From: Deltaproteobacteria bacterium
Lineage (GTDB): Bacteria > Desulfobacterota > WTBG01 > CAIYCZ01 > CAIRTM01
NCBI GenBank assembly: GCA_024276465.1
Contig: JAJRXD010000054.1
Coordinates: 2,931 to 66,930 of the forward strand
Direction of reading: 5' to 3'
Length of the DNA: 64,000 nucleotides
Below are positions 27,866 to 38,255 of this stretch, in pieces. Made by a program: the position numbers and the translations under genes. The notes below the pieces were generated by a model that worked only from the letters and a program-made list of their open reading frames with translations, was not told the origin of the DNA and did not search any database. The stretch's first letter is position 1, and every line of letters starts with the position of its first letter.

Positions 27866-28073
27866 ATAAATAAAGAAGATCAGAATTTTGCTGAGGTCTA
27901 TATTCGCAGACTAAAGCCCCAAGACAGAGCCCGGGATCTTCGACCTGTGGCTGCCTGTATCCTGTTATGAGACAGTCTGTTCACTGGAATGACACGTTGT
28001 GAAAAGCAGAAAATCATCTGTGTAGAACTGTAATTTTTATAAAATCCGGTTGGGCTGATTTTGATCTGTTTTT

Positions 28074-29261
28074 TTATGTGCGAGCAGATGAAAGAAGCAG
28101 TGCGTTTAATTTTGATAGATTTTTCAATGGATTAAAAACATGGATACTGTCAACATGGAACTGCTGATCTCCATTATAGAGAACTGCACCATATTCCAGG
28201 CACATTGGTGTCAGCCTGCGAAATTGATCAATTCCATTGAGAAAGCTTTTGGTAAAGGTGGATGATGTTTTTATTTCTACAGGAAGAAGCCTGCCCTGTT
28301 CTCGGATAAGCAGGTCAACTTCACTGCCGTGAGAATCACGGTAAAAATAGAAGTCAGGACGTTTCCCCTGATTGAGTCTGTATTTCATTATTTCAAGGAT
28401 AATAAGATTTTCATAAAGCCCACCGCGCAGAGGATCTCTGGCAGCCTGTTCTGCTGTCCTGATGCCCAGCAGGAATGCTGCCAGACCCGTATCCGTAAAA
28501 TAGAGTTTGGGGGATTTTATGATCCGTTTCCTGATATTTTCAAAAAAGGGGGGTAATTCAAAAATCACATATGAGGCTTTCATCACGCTTATCCAGTTCT
28601 TGATGGTGGTTGACGAAACACCAACATCATTCGAGAGAGACGTGTAATTGATTAGCTGTCCGACCCGACCCGCCAGGAGAGTAAGGAACTGTTGGAAGCG
28701 GCTCAGGTCTTTTAAATTTATCAATGCCCTGACATCCCTCTCTACATAGGTTTGAAGATAACCATTATAAAAGCGTTCAGGGCTCAGACTTTTTTCATGC
28801 AGTCGCGGGAAAGACCCCTTGACTATCAAGTCATATGGTTGCCATTCAGTTTGATATTGCTGCAGTTCATCAAGAGAAAACGGCAACAAGGTAAGTAAAG
28901 CGGTGCGGCCTGCCAGGGATTGGCTTACTTCCTTGTGTATATCCGGTTGATGACTTCCTGTCAGGACAAACATGCCAGGTTGCCCGGCTTTATCCACGAC
29001 ACCCTGAATATAGGAAAGCAATACGGGCAGGCGCTGGATTTCATCCAGAACAGCCCCTTTTTTCATTCGGGCAAGAAACCCCCTGGGATCTATTTCCGTT
29101 GCCATGCGAACATCCGGTTCTTCAAATGAAAAATATGGTTTGTTTGGAAAGACTGCCTGAACCAGGGTTGTCTTACCGGACTGACGGGGACCGAGTACAG
29201 TAACTACTGGATACTCTGTGCTGCAGTCTATGAGTTCCTTTGAAATATTGCGAGTGATCAT
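28074..29261 (-). CDS. AAA+ ATPase with a DUF4143-type C-terminal domain (COG1373-like)
   Basis: 'VVTVLGPRQSGKTTL', 'VLDEIQR', 'GSFP', 'YFYRDSHGSEVDLL'. Start taken at the internal ATG 29261. Confidence 0.85.
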   Translation of the reverse strand: MITRNISKELIDCSTEYPVVTVLGPRQSGKTTLVQAVFPNKPYFSFEEPDVRMATEIDPRGFLARMKKGAVLDEIQRLPVLLSYIQGVVDKAGQPGMFVLTGSHQPDIHKEVSQSLAGRTALLTLLPFSLDELQQYQTEWQPYDLIVKGSFPRLHEKSLSPERFYNGYLQTYVERDVRALINLKDLSRFQQFLTLLAGRVGQLINYTSLSNDVGVSSTTIKNWISVMKASYVIFELPPFFENIRKRIIKSPKLYFTDTGLAAFLLGIRTAEQAARDPLRGGLYENLIILEIMKYRLNQGKRPDFYFYRDSHGSEVDLLIREQGRLLPVEIKTSSTFTKSFLNGIDQFRRLTPMCLEYGAVLYNGDQQFHVDSIHVFNPLKNLSKLNALLLSSART

Positions 29262-29494
29262 ATATAAAATTATAACTTTTATTGTGAATATTTCAAGTTG
29301 TATTTTTAATTTGCACAAACGCTTGTTCCACATATTGAGAGATACCCGAGTTGTCGAATAAGTTATTTTAATCGGGCTGTTCAAAAACGCTTGGATCCAG
29401 GTTGAAAATCCTGCTTTCGGGGGTGCATGAAATCATGTGGAATGATGTCGGCTTGTTCATGCGTCGTAATGATAAGAGATGAGTGCAAGGTGGT

Positions 29495-30460
29495 TCAGAT
29501 TCTGGATAAGGATTTATAATATGAGGCAAGCCAGATGTTGGACCAGGCAAAACATTTTGAAATAAGTATAATATTTTTTACCTGCCTGCGTGAAATTTTA
29601 GCTTCAGAGAGTAGCACATTTGAGTTTTTCCGGCTGATGGCAAGTGTTTTCACAGCAAACATGAGGGGCCATGTGCAGAAGAGCCTCACCCTGTGCTGAT
29701 TGCGGGGAAGCATGGTTATGTATTTCAGGCCGCTCTGCAGATGCTTTTCAGCCTTGTCAGCAAGCATGTCTATTACCTTCAGAGCCTTTTCAATGTTTCC
29801 AGGCTCAAAAAGCCCTGTGCGCGTGAGCCCCATTTTTTCATAAAATGAGGCTGGCACAAATACCCAGCCCCTCTCATAGTCCTTTTTAATTCCCCGTATG
29901 ATGTTGACTGTCTGAAGTGCAAGTCCGAACTCACGTCCCAGAGGCATGAGCTGTGTTTTCAGATTGCGTATGGCGGGCGAGTACCATGAAAAAACATCAG
30001 TAAGCAGGTAGCCAACCCTGCCTGCAACCTGGTGCATGTAATCATCCATCTCCGGCTCATCAGAAACATAAGGGCCGTGTTCCTGCCAGCGGGCCATTCC
30101 AAGTGAAGTCTTGTTCACATGCTCAACAAGAATCGCCTCTGGCTCAGGAGGCAGCTTTTTAAGATAATTGATAATGATACCGGAATTTTGCGCAACGTAG
30201 ATTTCAGGATTTCTGCTGTCAAGGTTTAAGAATTTGTCGGTAAAATCCTCTACAGAGTACTCGCCCCTGAGCACCATGGCCCATAGCCTCAGCAGCGCTG
30301 CTTTGTGAGCAGGGTCAAGGGATTCGTGGTCCTCTATTGAGTCGGAAACGCGGAACATCAGATAGGCAATTGTAACTGTTTCGCGAAGAATCCGTGGCAG
30401 CTGCTCTATAGAAAGCGCAAAGGTCCTGCTGACGCTGCGAAGCATTTGATGGTGGTTCAT
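29495..30460 (-). CDS. Squalene/phytoene synthase family protein (Sqs-like)
   Basis: 321 aa. 'VSRTFALSIEQLP', 'YLMFRVSDSIED', 'DDYMHQVAGRVG'. Confidence 0.8.
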   Translation of the reverse strand: MNHHQMLRSVSRTFALSIEQLPRILRETVTIAYLMFRVSDSIEDHESLDPAHKAALLRLWAMVLRGEYSVEDFTDKFLNLDSRNPEIYVAQNSGIIINYLKKLPPEPEAILVEHVNKTSLGMARWQEHGPYVSDEPEMDDYMHQVAGRVGYLLTDVFSWYSPAIRNLKTQLMPLGREFGLALQTVNIIRGIKKDYERGWVFVPASFYEKMGLTRTGLFEPGNIEKALKVIDMLADKAEKHLQSGLKYITMLPRNQHRVRLFCTWPLMFAVKTLAISRKNSNVLLSEAKISRRQVKNIILISKCFAWSNIWLASYYKSLSRI

Positions 30461-30496
30461 GATAATATTTCCGGCTAAACACGGATTGAGCTGTTT

Positions 30497-31987
30497 TCAA
30501 ACCTGCTCATTGGAAATCAGGTCCACAGCCTTTTTTAACCTGTCAACTGTTTTGTCCTTTCCCATGGCCATCAATATTTCAAAAAGTCCTGGCCCGGCAG
30601 ACTGTCCCGTGACTGCGGTCCTTACTGCATTTATTATCAGGCCGGGCTTAACGCCAAGGTTTTCACAAAGATCACGTATTGCATTTTCAGTACTGTGCAG
30701 ATCAAATGTGTCAAGTTTTTCAAAGCAATCAGCCAGCGTGGTAAGATACTGTTTGAGATTCTGGTCCTTTTTAAGATTTTTTTTCACAGCATTTTCTTCA
30801 TATGTAAAATCATCAGAAAAGTAAGGCCTGCCTTTGGAAGAAAAATCCCTTATTGTGTGCAGGCGTGTACGGATAAGCTCCAGAGTGTTTTCAAACCACT
30901 GTTTCTTTTCACCGCAATAGGCATCATCCCAGAGGTCTGCTGATCTTAGTTCCTCCCGAACAAGGCCGGCAAGCTCATCAATGCTTAGCATGCTTATATA
31001 ACGGGCATTCATGGAGATTGCCTTTGGGTCGGTAAAGTTTTTAGGGTCTCCGGGCTGATAGTTGAAAACTGAATTGTGTCTGGCAATTCCCTCAAGGCTG
31101 AAAGCTTCAATCAGTTCTTCCCTTGAAAAAAATTCCCTGTCATCGGAATTTGACCATCCCAGAAGAGCAAGGAAGTTACAGAGCGCCCAGGGGATAAATC
31201 CCTTTTCCTTATAATATGCAACCGTAACCACCTCCCCATGCTTGCGCTTTGATATTTTTGCTTTTTTAGTGTCAAGGGTCAGGGATACGTGAGCAAAAAC
31301 CGGCGGGGCATACCCCAGGGCATTGTAAATAAGAATCTGTTTTGGAGTATTGCCAAGCCCGTCCTGGCCCCGTATTACATGGGTGATTTTATCTGTTTTA
31401 TCATCCACAGCACTGCTTAGCAGATACAGTGGCTTGCCGTCAGAACGTAGAACAACAAAATCTTCAATATCAACATATTTTTTTTCAATAAGGCCATAGA
31501 CCCTGTCCTGAAAAACAACAGAGCCGTCTTCATCAGGGGTTTTGAAGCGGACAACACAGGGGCTTGCATTCTGCTCGCGTATGCTGATTTCATCAGGAGA
31601 GAGGTTTCTGCATGTTCCGTCATATTTATAATCCTGTTTTTCTTTTTGAGCTGTTTTTCTTTTTGCGTCAAGTTCTTCCCGTGTGCAGAAACACTTATAA
31701 GCATGGCCTGTTTCAAGGAGTTTTTGTACGGCATCCAGATGATTGCCAATTCTTTCAGACTGAAAAAACGGGCCTTCATCCCAGTCCAGGCCAAGCCATG
31801 TCAGGCCGCTGAGGATCTCCCGGATTGATTCTTCTGTTGAGCGTTCAGTATCTGTGTCCTCTATTCTGAGGATAAACCTGCCCTTATGTTTGCGGGCATA
31901 AAGCCAGTTGTAAAGCGCTGTGCGTGCACCTCCGATATGAAGGTAACCTGTTGGTGATGGTGCGAATCTTACTCTTACCTGGTCCAT
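30497..31987 (-). CDS. gltX: Glutamate--tRNA ligase
   Basis: 'VRVRFAPSPTGYLHIGGARTALYNW' (HIGH), 'KISKRK' (KMSKS). Start at the internal ATG 31987. Confidence 0.95.
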   Translation of the reverse strand: MDQVRVRFAPSPTGYLHIGGARTALYNWLYARKHKGRFILRIEDTDTERSTEESIREILSGLTWLGLDWDEGPFFQSERIGNHLDAVQKLLETGHAYKCFCTREELDAKRKTAQKEKQDYKYDGTCRNLSPDEISIREQNASPCVVRFKTPDEDGSVVFQDRVYGLIEKKYVDIEDFVVLRSDGKPLYLLSSAVDDKTDKITHVIRGQDGLGNTPKQILIYNALGYAPPVFAHVSLTLDTKKAKISKRKHGEVVTVAYYKEKGFIPWALCNFLALLGWSNSDDREFFSREELIEAFSLEGIARHNSVFNYQPGDPKNFTDPKAISMNARYISMLSIDELAGLVREELRSADLWDDAYCGEKKQWFENTLELIRTRLHTIRDFSSKGRPYFSDDFTYEENAVKKNLKKDQNLKQYLTTLADCFEKLDTFDLHSTENAIRDLCENLGVKPGLIINAVRTAVTGQSAGPGLFEILMAMGKDKTVDRLKKAVDLISNEQV

Positions 31988-32095
31988 ATATGTTCCTTTC
32001 TTTAAGCTGTCAGGCAAGAATATTATCAAAAAAACATCTCTTCTACAACTGTTATCATGGAATCAAAGGTTTGCACGGGTGGATACTCATATCTT

Positions 32096-32110
32096 GAGAA
32101 TCGCACAATT
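32096..32110 (+). repeat. Copy of the 'GAGAATCGC(A/T)CAAT' intergenic motif
   Basis: 'gagaatcgcacaatt', preceded by 'tcatatctt'. Confidence 0.55.
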
Positions 32111-32312
32111 CAGGTAGAAGTTTTATTACAGGGGAAAATATGGTATAGGTAGATGGATTTTTTTCATAGACTGATTCGGGTTAGCAGGTTAGAGGTCTAA
32201 CTGTGGGAATTGTAATACTGGAAGAGAAATTTCAGGAATATTCAAAAAAAATCCTGAGAACATTTTAAAACTTGAATTTTTTGCACGCAAATCGTCCAGC
32301 ATTCAAAAAAAG

Positions 32313-32675
32313 ATGAGGGATCTTCTTGACGGTATAACAGCTGTTCTATGCAAAGAATGTAAAGCCTCGTGCTGCTCATGTATGCCTGTTGAAGGCTGGT
32401 TTACTGAATCAGACTATTTTATTTATCGCATGTTTTATGATCCCCCTTTTGAGTTGCGGGTTCAGCATGACAATGAAACATCCTGTGCTTTTTTGTGTGC
32501 CCGGGGCTGCAGCCTGCCAGCTGACATGCGGCCATTTCCATGTGTTAAAGTGAACTGTAAATTTGTTAACCAAAGGCTTGTGGCTGACGGAGGAATGAAA
32601 GAATTTGACAACCTGAAGCATGAGATGATCGGTCTTCAGAAACAGATCTGGGAGATTATAAGTAATAAGGATTGA
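32313..32675 (+). CDS. Cys-rich YkgJ/UPF0153-like putative Zn/Fe-chelating protein
   Basis: 120 aa. 'CKECKASCCS' plus further conserved Cys residues. Confidence 0.55.
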   Translation: MRDLLDGITAVLCKECKASCCSCMPVEGWFTESDYFIYRMFYDPPFELRVQHDNETSCAFLCARGCSLPADMRPFPCVKVNCKFVNQRLVADGGMKEFDNLKHEMIGLQKQIWEIISNKD

Positions 32676-32752
32676 ATAGGTTAAGGCACCAGGCACAGAG
32701 GGAAAATGCAAAATTGAAAACCCGTAACCCGCAACAGTAATGAATAACAATT

Positions 32753-33769
32753 ATGCCACCTCTTTTTGAACATGAACTGTTAAATCAGCCTTTCGGGGAC
32801 CCGGTTCTTTATGTGAGACTGACAGGTGAAAGAAAAGCACTGCTTTTTGACCTTGGAGAATTAGGATCGCTCAGTGCAGGCAAGCTTTTCAAGGTTACCC
32901 ATGTGTTTGTTTCCCATACTCACATGGACCATTTTATAGGCTTTGACCACCTGCTGAGGCTTAACCTGTCAAGGGATAAAACAATCACCATATATGGCCC
33001 TGAAGGAATTATAAAAAATGTCAGGGGCAGGCTCAGAGGCTACACATGGAACCTTGTCGAAGATTACCCCTTTGTTATTGAGGTGATTGAGGTTTGCGCA
33101 AAAAAGCTCAGAAAAGTTTGTTTCATATGCAGAGACAGGTTCATGTCTGATGTTGAGAAAACCACACCATTTGAAAAAGCCATAGATGTACATCCTCATT
33201 ATACTGTCAGTGCCCTCAGGGTTGACCACAAAATTACATCAATTATATATACACTGGAAGAGAGGTTTCGCATTAACATAAACAGGGACCGTCTTCAACG
33301 TCTTGGACTTCCGGTTGGAAAATGGTTAAGGGAATTAAAATCCTGTATCTGGGAGGGAAAGCCCGATTCCTGGCTGGTTTGTGTTAAGGAAGACAAGGCC
33401 GGCGGGAAGATTTTTAAAGAAATTGAACTTGGCGTGCTGAAAAAGGAGATTACAACCATAACAAAAGGAGAGAAAATTGCTTATATTTCAGACTGCAGGG
33501 GGATTGAAAGAAATTTCAGAAAGATTATTCCCTTTGTTTCAGGGGCGGATATCCTGTTTTGTGAGTCGGCATTTATTGACAGTGACAAGGATAAAGCCAG
33601 CTCAAAAGGCCACCTTACGGCCAGGCAGGCAGGTTTTATTGCGCGGGAATCAGGTGCCAGAGAGCTTAAAGTGTTTCATTTTTCACCGCGGTATGAACAC
33701 TGCCCGGATCTTCTTTACCAGGAGGCGGAGCAGGAATTCAGGAGAAGTCGGCTGTCAGGTAATCGTTAG
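32753..33769 (+). CDS. MBL-fold metallo-hydrolase (RNase Z-like)
   Basis: 338 aa. 'HVFVSHTHMDHFIGF'. C-terminal 'GHLTARQA...FHFSPRY'. Confidence 0.85.
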   Translation: MPPLFEHELLNQPFGDPVLYVRLTGERKALLFDLGELGSLSAGKLFKVTHVFVSHTHMDHFIGFDHLLRLNLSRDKTITIYGPEGIIKNVRGRLRGYTWNLVEDYPFVIEVIEVCAKKLRKVCFICRDRFMSDVEKTTPFEKAIDVHPHYTVSALRVDHKITSIIYTLEERFRININRDRLQRLGLPVGKWLRELKSCIWEGKPDSWLVCVKEDKAGGKIFKEIELGVLKKEITTITKGEKIAYISDCRGIERNFRKIIPFVSGADILFCESAFIDSDKDKASSKGHLTARQAGFIARESGARELKVFHFSPRYEHCPDLLYQEAEQEFRRSRLSGNR

Positions 33770-33795
33770 GCGACGTATGGAAAACCGGAAGAGCT

Positions 33796-34188
33796 TCAGT
33801 GTCCGTTTGTTTCAAGAGAGCCGATTGAAAAGTTTAAATATTCAGGCGAAATAAGACATTTGCTGGATTGTGGTGAGGCAAACGTGGCAATATCATAAAA
33901 CCCTGCATACAGCCTCCAGGGAAAATATATAAGACCCATTGGTATTCCCTCAAAAAAACCTCCTAAAACAGCAAATGAATTTCCAACATGCTCCTGTTTG
34001 CATAAAGCCCTTCTATACATTTGTGCCGGAATTTCCAAAGGCGAAGAGATGATATTAATCATTCCTCTTCCAAAACGTTCAGAAGGTCTGGGAGAAGGGA
34101 CATCCTGGTTTTGCTCAGTTGCCTGGAGAATGCCTGCAGGAAGGCATATTAAAACAGTTAGCAGGAAGCTGACAAAGATTTTATTCAT
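33796..34188 (-). CDS. Exosortase-system-associated small secreted protein (TIGR04073-like)
   Basis: 130 aa. Signal peptide. 'FGRGMINIISSPLEIPAQ', 'GIPMG', 'YDIATF', 'ISPEYL'. Confidence 0.7.
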   Translation of the reverse strand: MNKIFVSFLLTVLICLPAGILQATEQNQDVPSPRPSERFGRGMINIISSPLEIPAQMYRRALCKQEHVGNSFAVLGGFFEGIPMGLIYFPWRLYAGFYDIATFASPQSSKCLISPEYLNFSIGSLETNGH

Positions 34189-34349
34189 TAGGACTCTCCT
34201 TTGTTTGTGTCTTCGCTGTAATTAATAAAAATTTGTACATATGGTCTAACTTGTAAAATTATGTTATCATAACAATATTATTCATGCAAGCAGGTATGTA
34301 TTGAAGAAGAAAGCCCGAAGGCTTTGTTAAAACAAAAGGGAGAACAAAA

Positions 34350-36050
34350 ATGAATTCCAGCAGTTCTGAACCTTCTTCAGATTTTATCAGAACTATTATT
34401 GCAGAGGACCTGAAAACAGGTAAAAACAATGGGCGTGTTGCTACACGATTCCCCCCGGAACCTAACGGTTACCTGCATATTGGACATGCTAAATCAATTT
34501 GTCTTAATTTCAGTATAGCAGCAGAGAACAGGGGCGGTACGTGCAATCTGCGTTTTGACGACACAAATCCGGGCAGGGAAGATGTTGAATACGTGGAATC
34601 GATCATGAAGGATGTCAAATGGCTTGGGTTTGACTGGCAGGATCGTCTTTTCTATGCTTCCGACTATTTTGAACAGCTTTATCAATATGCTGTGCAGCTG
34701 ATTAAAAAAGGCAGAGCCTATGTTTGCAGCCTGAGTCCTGAACAGATCAGGCAGTATCGCGGGACCCTGACTGAACCGGGCAGGGACAGCCCTTATCGCA
34801 GCCGGTCTGTTGAAGAAAACCTGGATCTGTTTGAGCGTATGCGTGCCGGAGAATTTGCTGACGGAACCCATGTGCTTCGGGCAAAAATTGACATGTCATC
34901 TCCGAATTTGAACATGCGGGATCCTGTGATCTACCGTATAATGAAAGCAACACATCACAGGACCGGCAATAAGTGGTGTATTTATCCCATGTACGATTTT
35001 ACACACTGCCTTTCCGACTCAATTGAAAGGATTACCCATTCCATCTGCACACTGGAATTTGAAGATCACCGGCCATTGTATGACTGGTTTCTTGATGAAT
35101 TAGAGGTAAAATGTCATCCTCAGCAGATTGAATTTGCCCGCCTTAGTCTCAGCTATACTGTGATGAGCAAAAGAATGCTGATGGAACTTGTTGAGCATGG
35201 AGATGTCACGGGATGGGATGATCCCCGCATGCCGACAATAGCAGGCATGCGGAGACGTGGCTATACGCCAGGGGCAATACGAGCTTTCTGCAAACGTATT
35301 GGTGTTGCAAAACGGGAAAGCATGGTTGATATAGCTCTTCTTGAGCATTGCCTCAGGGAGGAGCTGAACAGATGTGCTCCGCGTGTTATGGGTGTGCTGA
35401 AACCTCTTCGTGTAATTGTTGACAACTATCCTGAAGGCCAGGTGGAAGATCTTGATGCAATAAATAATCCGGAGGATCCTGCAATGGGCGCAAGGAAGAT
35501 TCCTTTTTCACGCGTGTTATATATTGAACAGGATGATTTTATGGAGGAACCACCGAAAAAATTTTATCGTCTGGCCCCTGGCAGAGAGGTGCGGTTGAGG
35601 TATGCCTACTTTATAAAATGCGTGGAGGTGATTAAGGATGAAAAGACAGGGAAAGTTGTTGAACTGCACTGCACCTATGACCCTGAGACACGTGGTGGTG
35701 ACGCTCCTGACGGTCGAAAGGTCAAGGCAACATTGCACTGGGTTTCAGCAGCATGCTGCCTTGATGCGGAAGTGCGCCTGTATGACCGGCTGTTTCTGAA
35801 GGAAAATCCGTGCGAAGAAAAAGATGGTCCTGATTTTAAGTCTTTTTTGAATCCCGATTCCCTGAAAATTTTAAAAGACTGCCGGGTTGAGCCTGGTCTG
35901 AAGGATGCAAAGCCAGGAAGTATATACCAGTTTGAAAGGCTTGGCTATTTTTGTGTGGATGAGGTTGATTCTTCTTCCGAATCTCTGGTGTTTAACAGGA
36001 CTGTAACTCTCCGGGATGCCTGGGCTAATATAAAGAAACGTGGATCGTAA
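34350..36050 (+). CDS. glnS: Glutamine--tRNA ligase
   Basis: 566 aa. '[18 protein letters not shown]', 'VMSKR', and the GlnRS-type anticodon-binding C-terminal half. Confidence 0.95.
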   Translation: MNSSSSEPSSDFIRTIIAEDLKTGKNNGRVATRFPPEPNGYLHIGHAKSICLNFSIAAENRGGTCNLRFDDTNPGREDVEYVESIMKDVKWLGFDWQDRLFYASDYFEQLYQYAVQLIKKGRAYVCSLSPEQIRQYRGTLTEPGRDSPYRSRSVEENLDLFERMRAGEFADGTHVLRAKIDMSSPNLNMRDPVIYRIMKATHHRTGNKWCIYPMYDFTHCLSDSIERITHSICTLEFEDHRPLYDWFLDELEVKCHPQQIEFARLSLSYTVMSKRMLMELVEHGDVTGWDDPRMPTIAGMRRRGYTPGAIRAFCKRIGVAKRESMVDIALLEHCLREELNRCAPRVMGVLKPLRVIVDNYPEGQVEDLDAINNPEDPAMGARKIPFSRVLYIEQDDFMEEPPKKFYRLAPGREVRLRYAYFIKCVEVIKDEKTGKVVELHCTYDPETRGGDAPDGRKVKATLHWVSAACCLDAEVRLYDRLFLKENPCEEKDGPDFKSFLNPDSLKILKDCRVEPGLKDAKPGSIYQFERLGYFCVDEVDSSSESLVFNRTVTLRDAWANIKKRGS

Positions 36051-36084
36051 AATAACAGGGACAAAGGTACAGAGGCACAGAGGG

Positions 36085-36106
36085 GTAGGAGCGCATTTAT
36101 GCGCGA
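36085..36106 (+). repeat. REP element GTAGGAGC + GCGCAT-TT-ATGCGC + GA
   Basis: 'gtaggagcgcatttatgcgcga' between glnS and era. Confidence 0.8.
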
Positions 36107-36127
36107 AAATTTAATCAGAGAGTTTAA

Positions 36128-37021
36128 ATGGAAACAAAACAGAATTTCAGGGCAGGATTTGTATCAGTTGCAGGGTTGCCTAATGTTGGCAAATCAACAC
36201 TTGTAAACAGGATTATCGGTTCAAAGCTTGCGATTGTTTCTCCCAGGCCCCAGACAACAAGGGGGACAATAAAGGGAATTTTTACCAATGATGATGCCCA
36301 GATTGTATATCTTGACACACCGGGCATACATTGCCCCAAAGACAAATTAGGCGACTACATGGTGGATGCTGTCCAGAAGACCCTGCAGCATGCTGACATT
36401 ATTTATCTGACGGTTGAAAGTACCAGTCCTCACAGGCGTGATACAGAGCTTATCAGCCAGGTTAAGGAAGCAGACAAGACAACATTTCTTGTCATTAACA
36501 AGGTTGATCTTGTTAAGAAGGAAAATCTTCTGCCTGTTATTGACAAATACAGCAAGATTATGGAATTCAGTGAAATTGTTCCTGTTTCAGCTCTTAAAGG
36601 TGATAATGTTGACAGGCTGCTTGAACTGACCATCTCCTGCATGCCCGAATCCCCGGCTTACTTTCCTGTTGATATAGTCTCGGATCAGATTGAAAGGGAA
36701 TTTATCTCAGAATTTATAAGGGAGAAAGTCTATTTCCATACAAGGGAGGAAATCCCATACAGTTCAGCGGTTGTGATAGATGACATGAAGGAAAGAAAGG
36801 GAGGGGGAGCTTATATCACTGCAACTATCTATATAGAGAGAGACTCTCAGAAGGGTATAGTAATAGGCAGGGCAGGAAAAATGATTAAAAAGATTGGTGA
36901 GGCTGCCAGGCGTGAAATAGAGGAGTTTCTTGGATATTCAGTGTACCTGGACTTGAAGGTTAAGGTTGAAAAAAACTGGAGAACAAATGCCAGGTCTTTA
37001 AAAAAATTAGGATACAGGTAA
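36128..37021 (+). CDS. era: GTPase Era
   Basis: 297 aa. 'GLPNVGKSTL', 'DTPG', 'NKVD'. KH domain 'VIGRAGKMIKKIG'. Confidence 0.95.
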   Translation: METKQNFRAGFVSVAGLPNVGKSTLVNRIIGSKLAIVSPRPQTTRGTIKGIFTNDDAQIVYLDTPGIHCPKDKLGDYMVDAVQKTLQHADIIYLTVESTSPHRRDTELISQVKEADKTTFLVINKVDLVKKENLLPVIDKYSKIMEFSEIVPVSALKGDNVDRLLELTISCMPESPAYFPVDIVSDQIEREFISEFIREKVYFHTREEIPYSSAVVIDDMKERKGGGAYITATIYIERDSQKGIVIGRAGKMIKKIGEAARREIEEFLGYSVYLDLKVKVEKNWRTNARSLKKLGYR

Positions 37022-37046
37022 AAAAATCACAATTCGTGATTTTTTT
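37020..37046. terminator. Bidirectional A-tract/hairpin/T-tract terminator between convergent era and alr
   Basis: 'aaaaaaatcac aattc gtgattttttt'. Confidence 0.55.
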
Positions 37047-38196
37047 ATTCAACCAGTATCCGGGGAATTCTGTCATTTACCCTTGTTGTCACCTCATAAT
37101 TAATGGTGTCTGCCCACTCTGCAACCTGTTCTGCAGAAATAGCTTCATTACCGTCTTTGCCTATCAGAATAACCTCATCCTCTGTTTTTGCTTCAGGAAT
37201 ATCAGTTATCTCAACCATAATTATGTTCATACAGATTCTGCCTCTTATTGGGGCTTTTTCCCCGTGAACAAGAACATGTCCACCTGATATACCCCTGTCA
37301 TAGCCGTCATAATAGCCGACAGGCAGAACAGCAAGGCGAGTGTTATGAGTGGTTTTGTACGTGCAGCCGTATCCAATGTACTCACCTTTTGGTACTGTTT
37401 TAATTTGTGTGATCTTTGTCTTCCATGTAAAGGCAGGGGTAAGATGGAAGTTGCCCTGTATTTTTTCAGTATAATATTCACGTGTTTCGTTTGACGGCCA
37501 CATTCCATAACATGATATGCCCGGCCTTATCATCTGAAAACGGGTTTCAGGAAAGATGATTGCAGCAGCAGAATTTGCGCAGTGCTTAAGAGGAATGTGA
37601 AGGCCTGAGGCTTCAAGCTCTGCAGAGGCTTTGTTAAAGCGCCGGAGTTGAAGCTCAGCATGGGAATGGTCAGTGGTGCCCTCGATATTGGCAAAATGAG
37701 TTGAAAGTCCTTCAACCCCGATGTTTTTAAATTTTTTTATATACTGTACAAAATTCAGCAGTTTATCCGGTTCTATTCCCTGCCTGTTCGTGCCTGTTTC
37801 CACCTTGACATGCACCCTGACTGTCCTGCTGGAATGTTTTGCTGTCTCACCTATCATGTTTATTGTATCATAGTCATAGACAACAAGCGTGCAGTCAAGA
37901 TCAATTGCTTCAGCTATGTCTTTAAGCGGTACATAACCCAGGATATAAACAGGGCAGTTGATTCCATGCTGCCTGAGACTTTTTGCTTCATAAAGTGCGT
38001 TAACAGAAAGCCAGTCTGCACCTGAGTTTAGAAAAATCCCGGCTGTTTCCACAAGCCCGTGGCCATAGGCATTAGCTTTTATGCATGGGCAGAGAATTGT
38101 ATGAGCTGTGATAATATTTCGAAACTGTATGATATTGTTCTGAAGGGCGCTTTTTGAAATTTCTACCCATGAAAGTTTTTCCATTTTGTGTGTCAC
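37045..38196 (-). CDS. alr: Alanine racemase
   Basis: 383 aa. 'CIKANAYGHG' (PLP lysine), 'YGCTY', 'PVGYYDGY', 'GRICMN'. Confidence 0.93.
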   Translation of the reverse strand: MTHKMEKLSWVEISKSALQNNIIQFRNIITAHTILCPCIKANAYGHGLVETAGIFLNSGADWLSVNALYEAKSLRQHGINCPVYILGYVPLKDIAEAIDLDCTLVVYDYDTINMIGETAKHSSRTVRVHVKVETGTNRQGIEPDKLLNFVQYIKKFKNIGVEGLSTHFANIEGTTDHSHAELQLRRFNKASAELEASGLHIPLKHCANSAAAIIFPETRFQMIRPGISCYGMWPSNETREYYTEKIQGNFHLTPAFTWKTKITQIKTVPKGEYIGYGCTYKTTHNTRLAVLPVGYYDGYDRGISGGHVLVHGEKAPIRGRICMNIIMVEITDIPEAKTEDEVILIGKDGNEAISAEQVAEWADTINYEVTTRVNDRIPRILVE

Positions 38197-38255
38197 GGCC
38201 AGGATATCGGTTGTCGTGGTTCGCTGCAGGATCTTCGAGCCCCGGTTCAGGGTTA

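Noticed and set aside
29262-29384. N-terminal extensions of track ORFs: here, and also 4003-4062, 31988-32029, 43699-43746, 49766-49813, 51901-51939 and 56698-56739
   Set aside because: The conserved protein N-termini begin at internal ATGs. The extensions are hydrophobic or odd, overlap neighbouring genes or terminator hairpins, and lack family counterparts.
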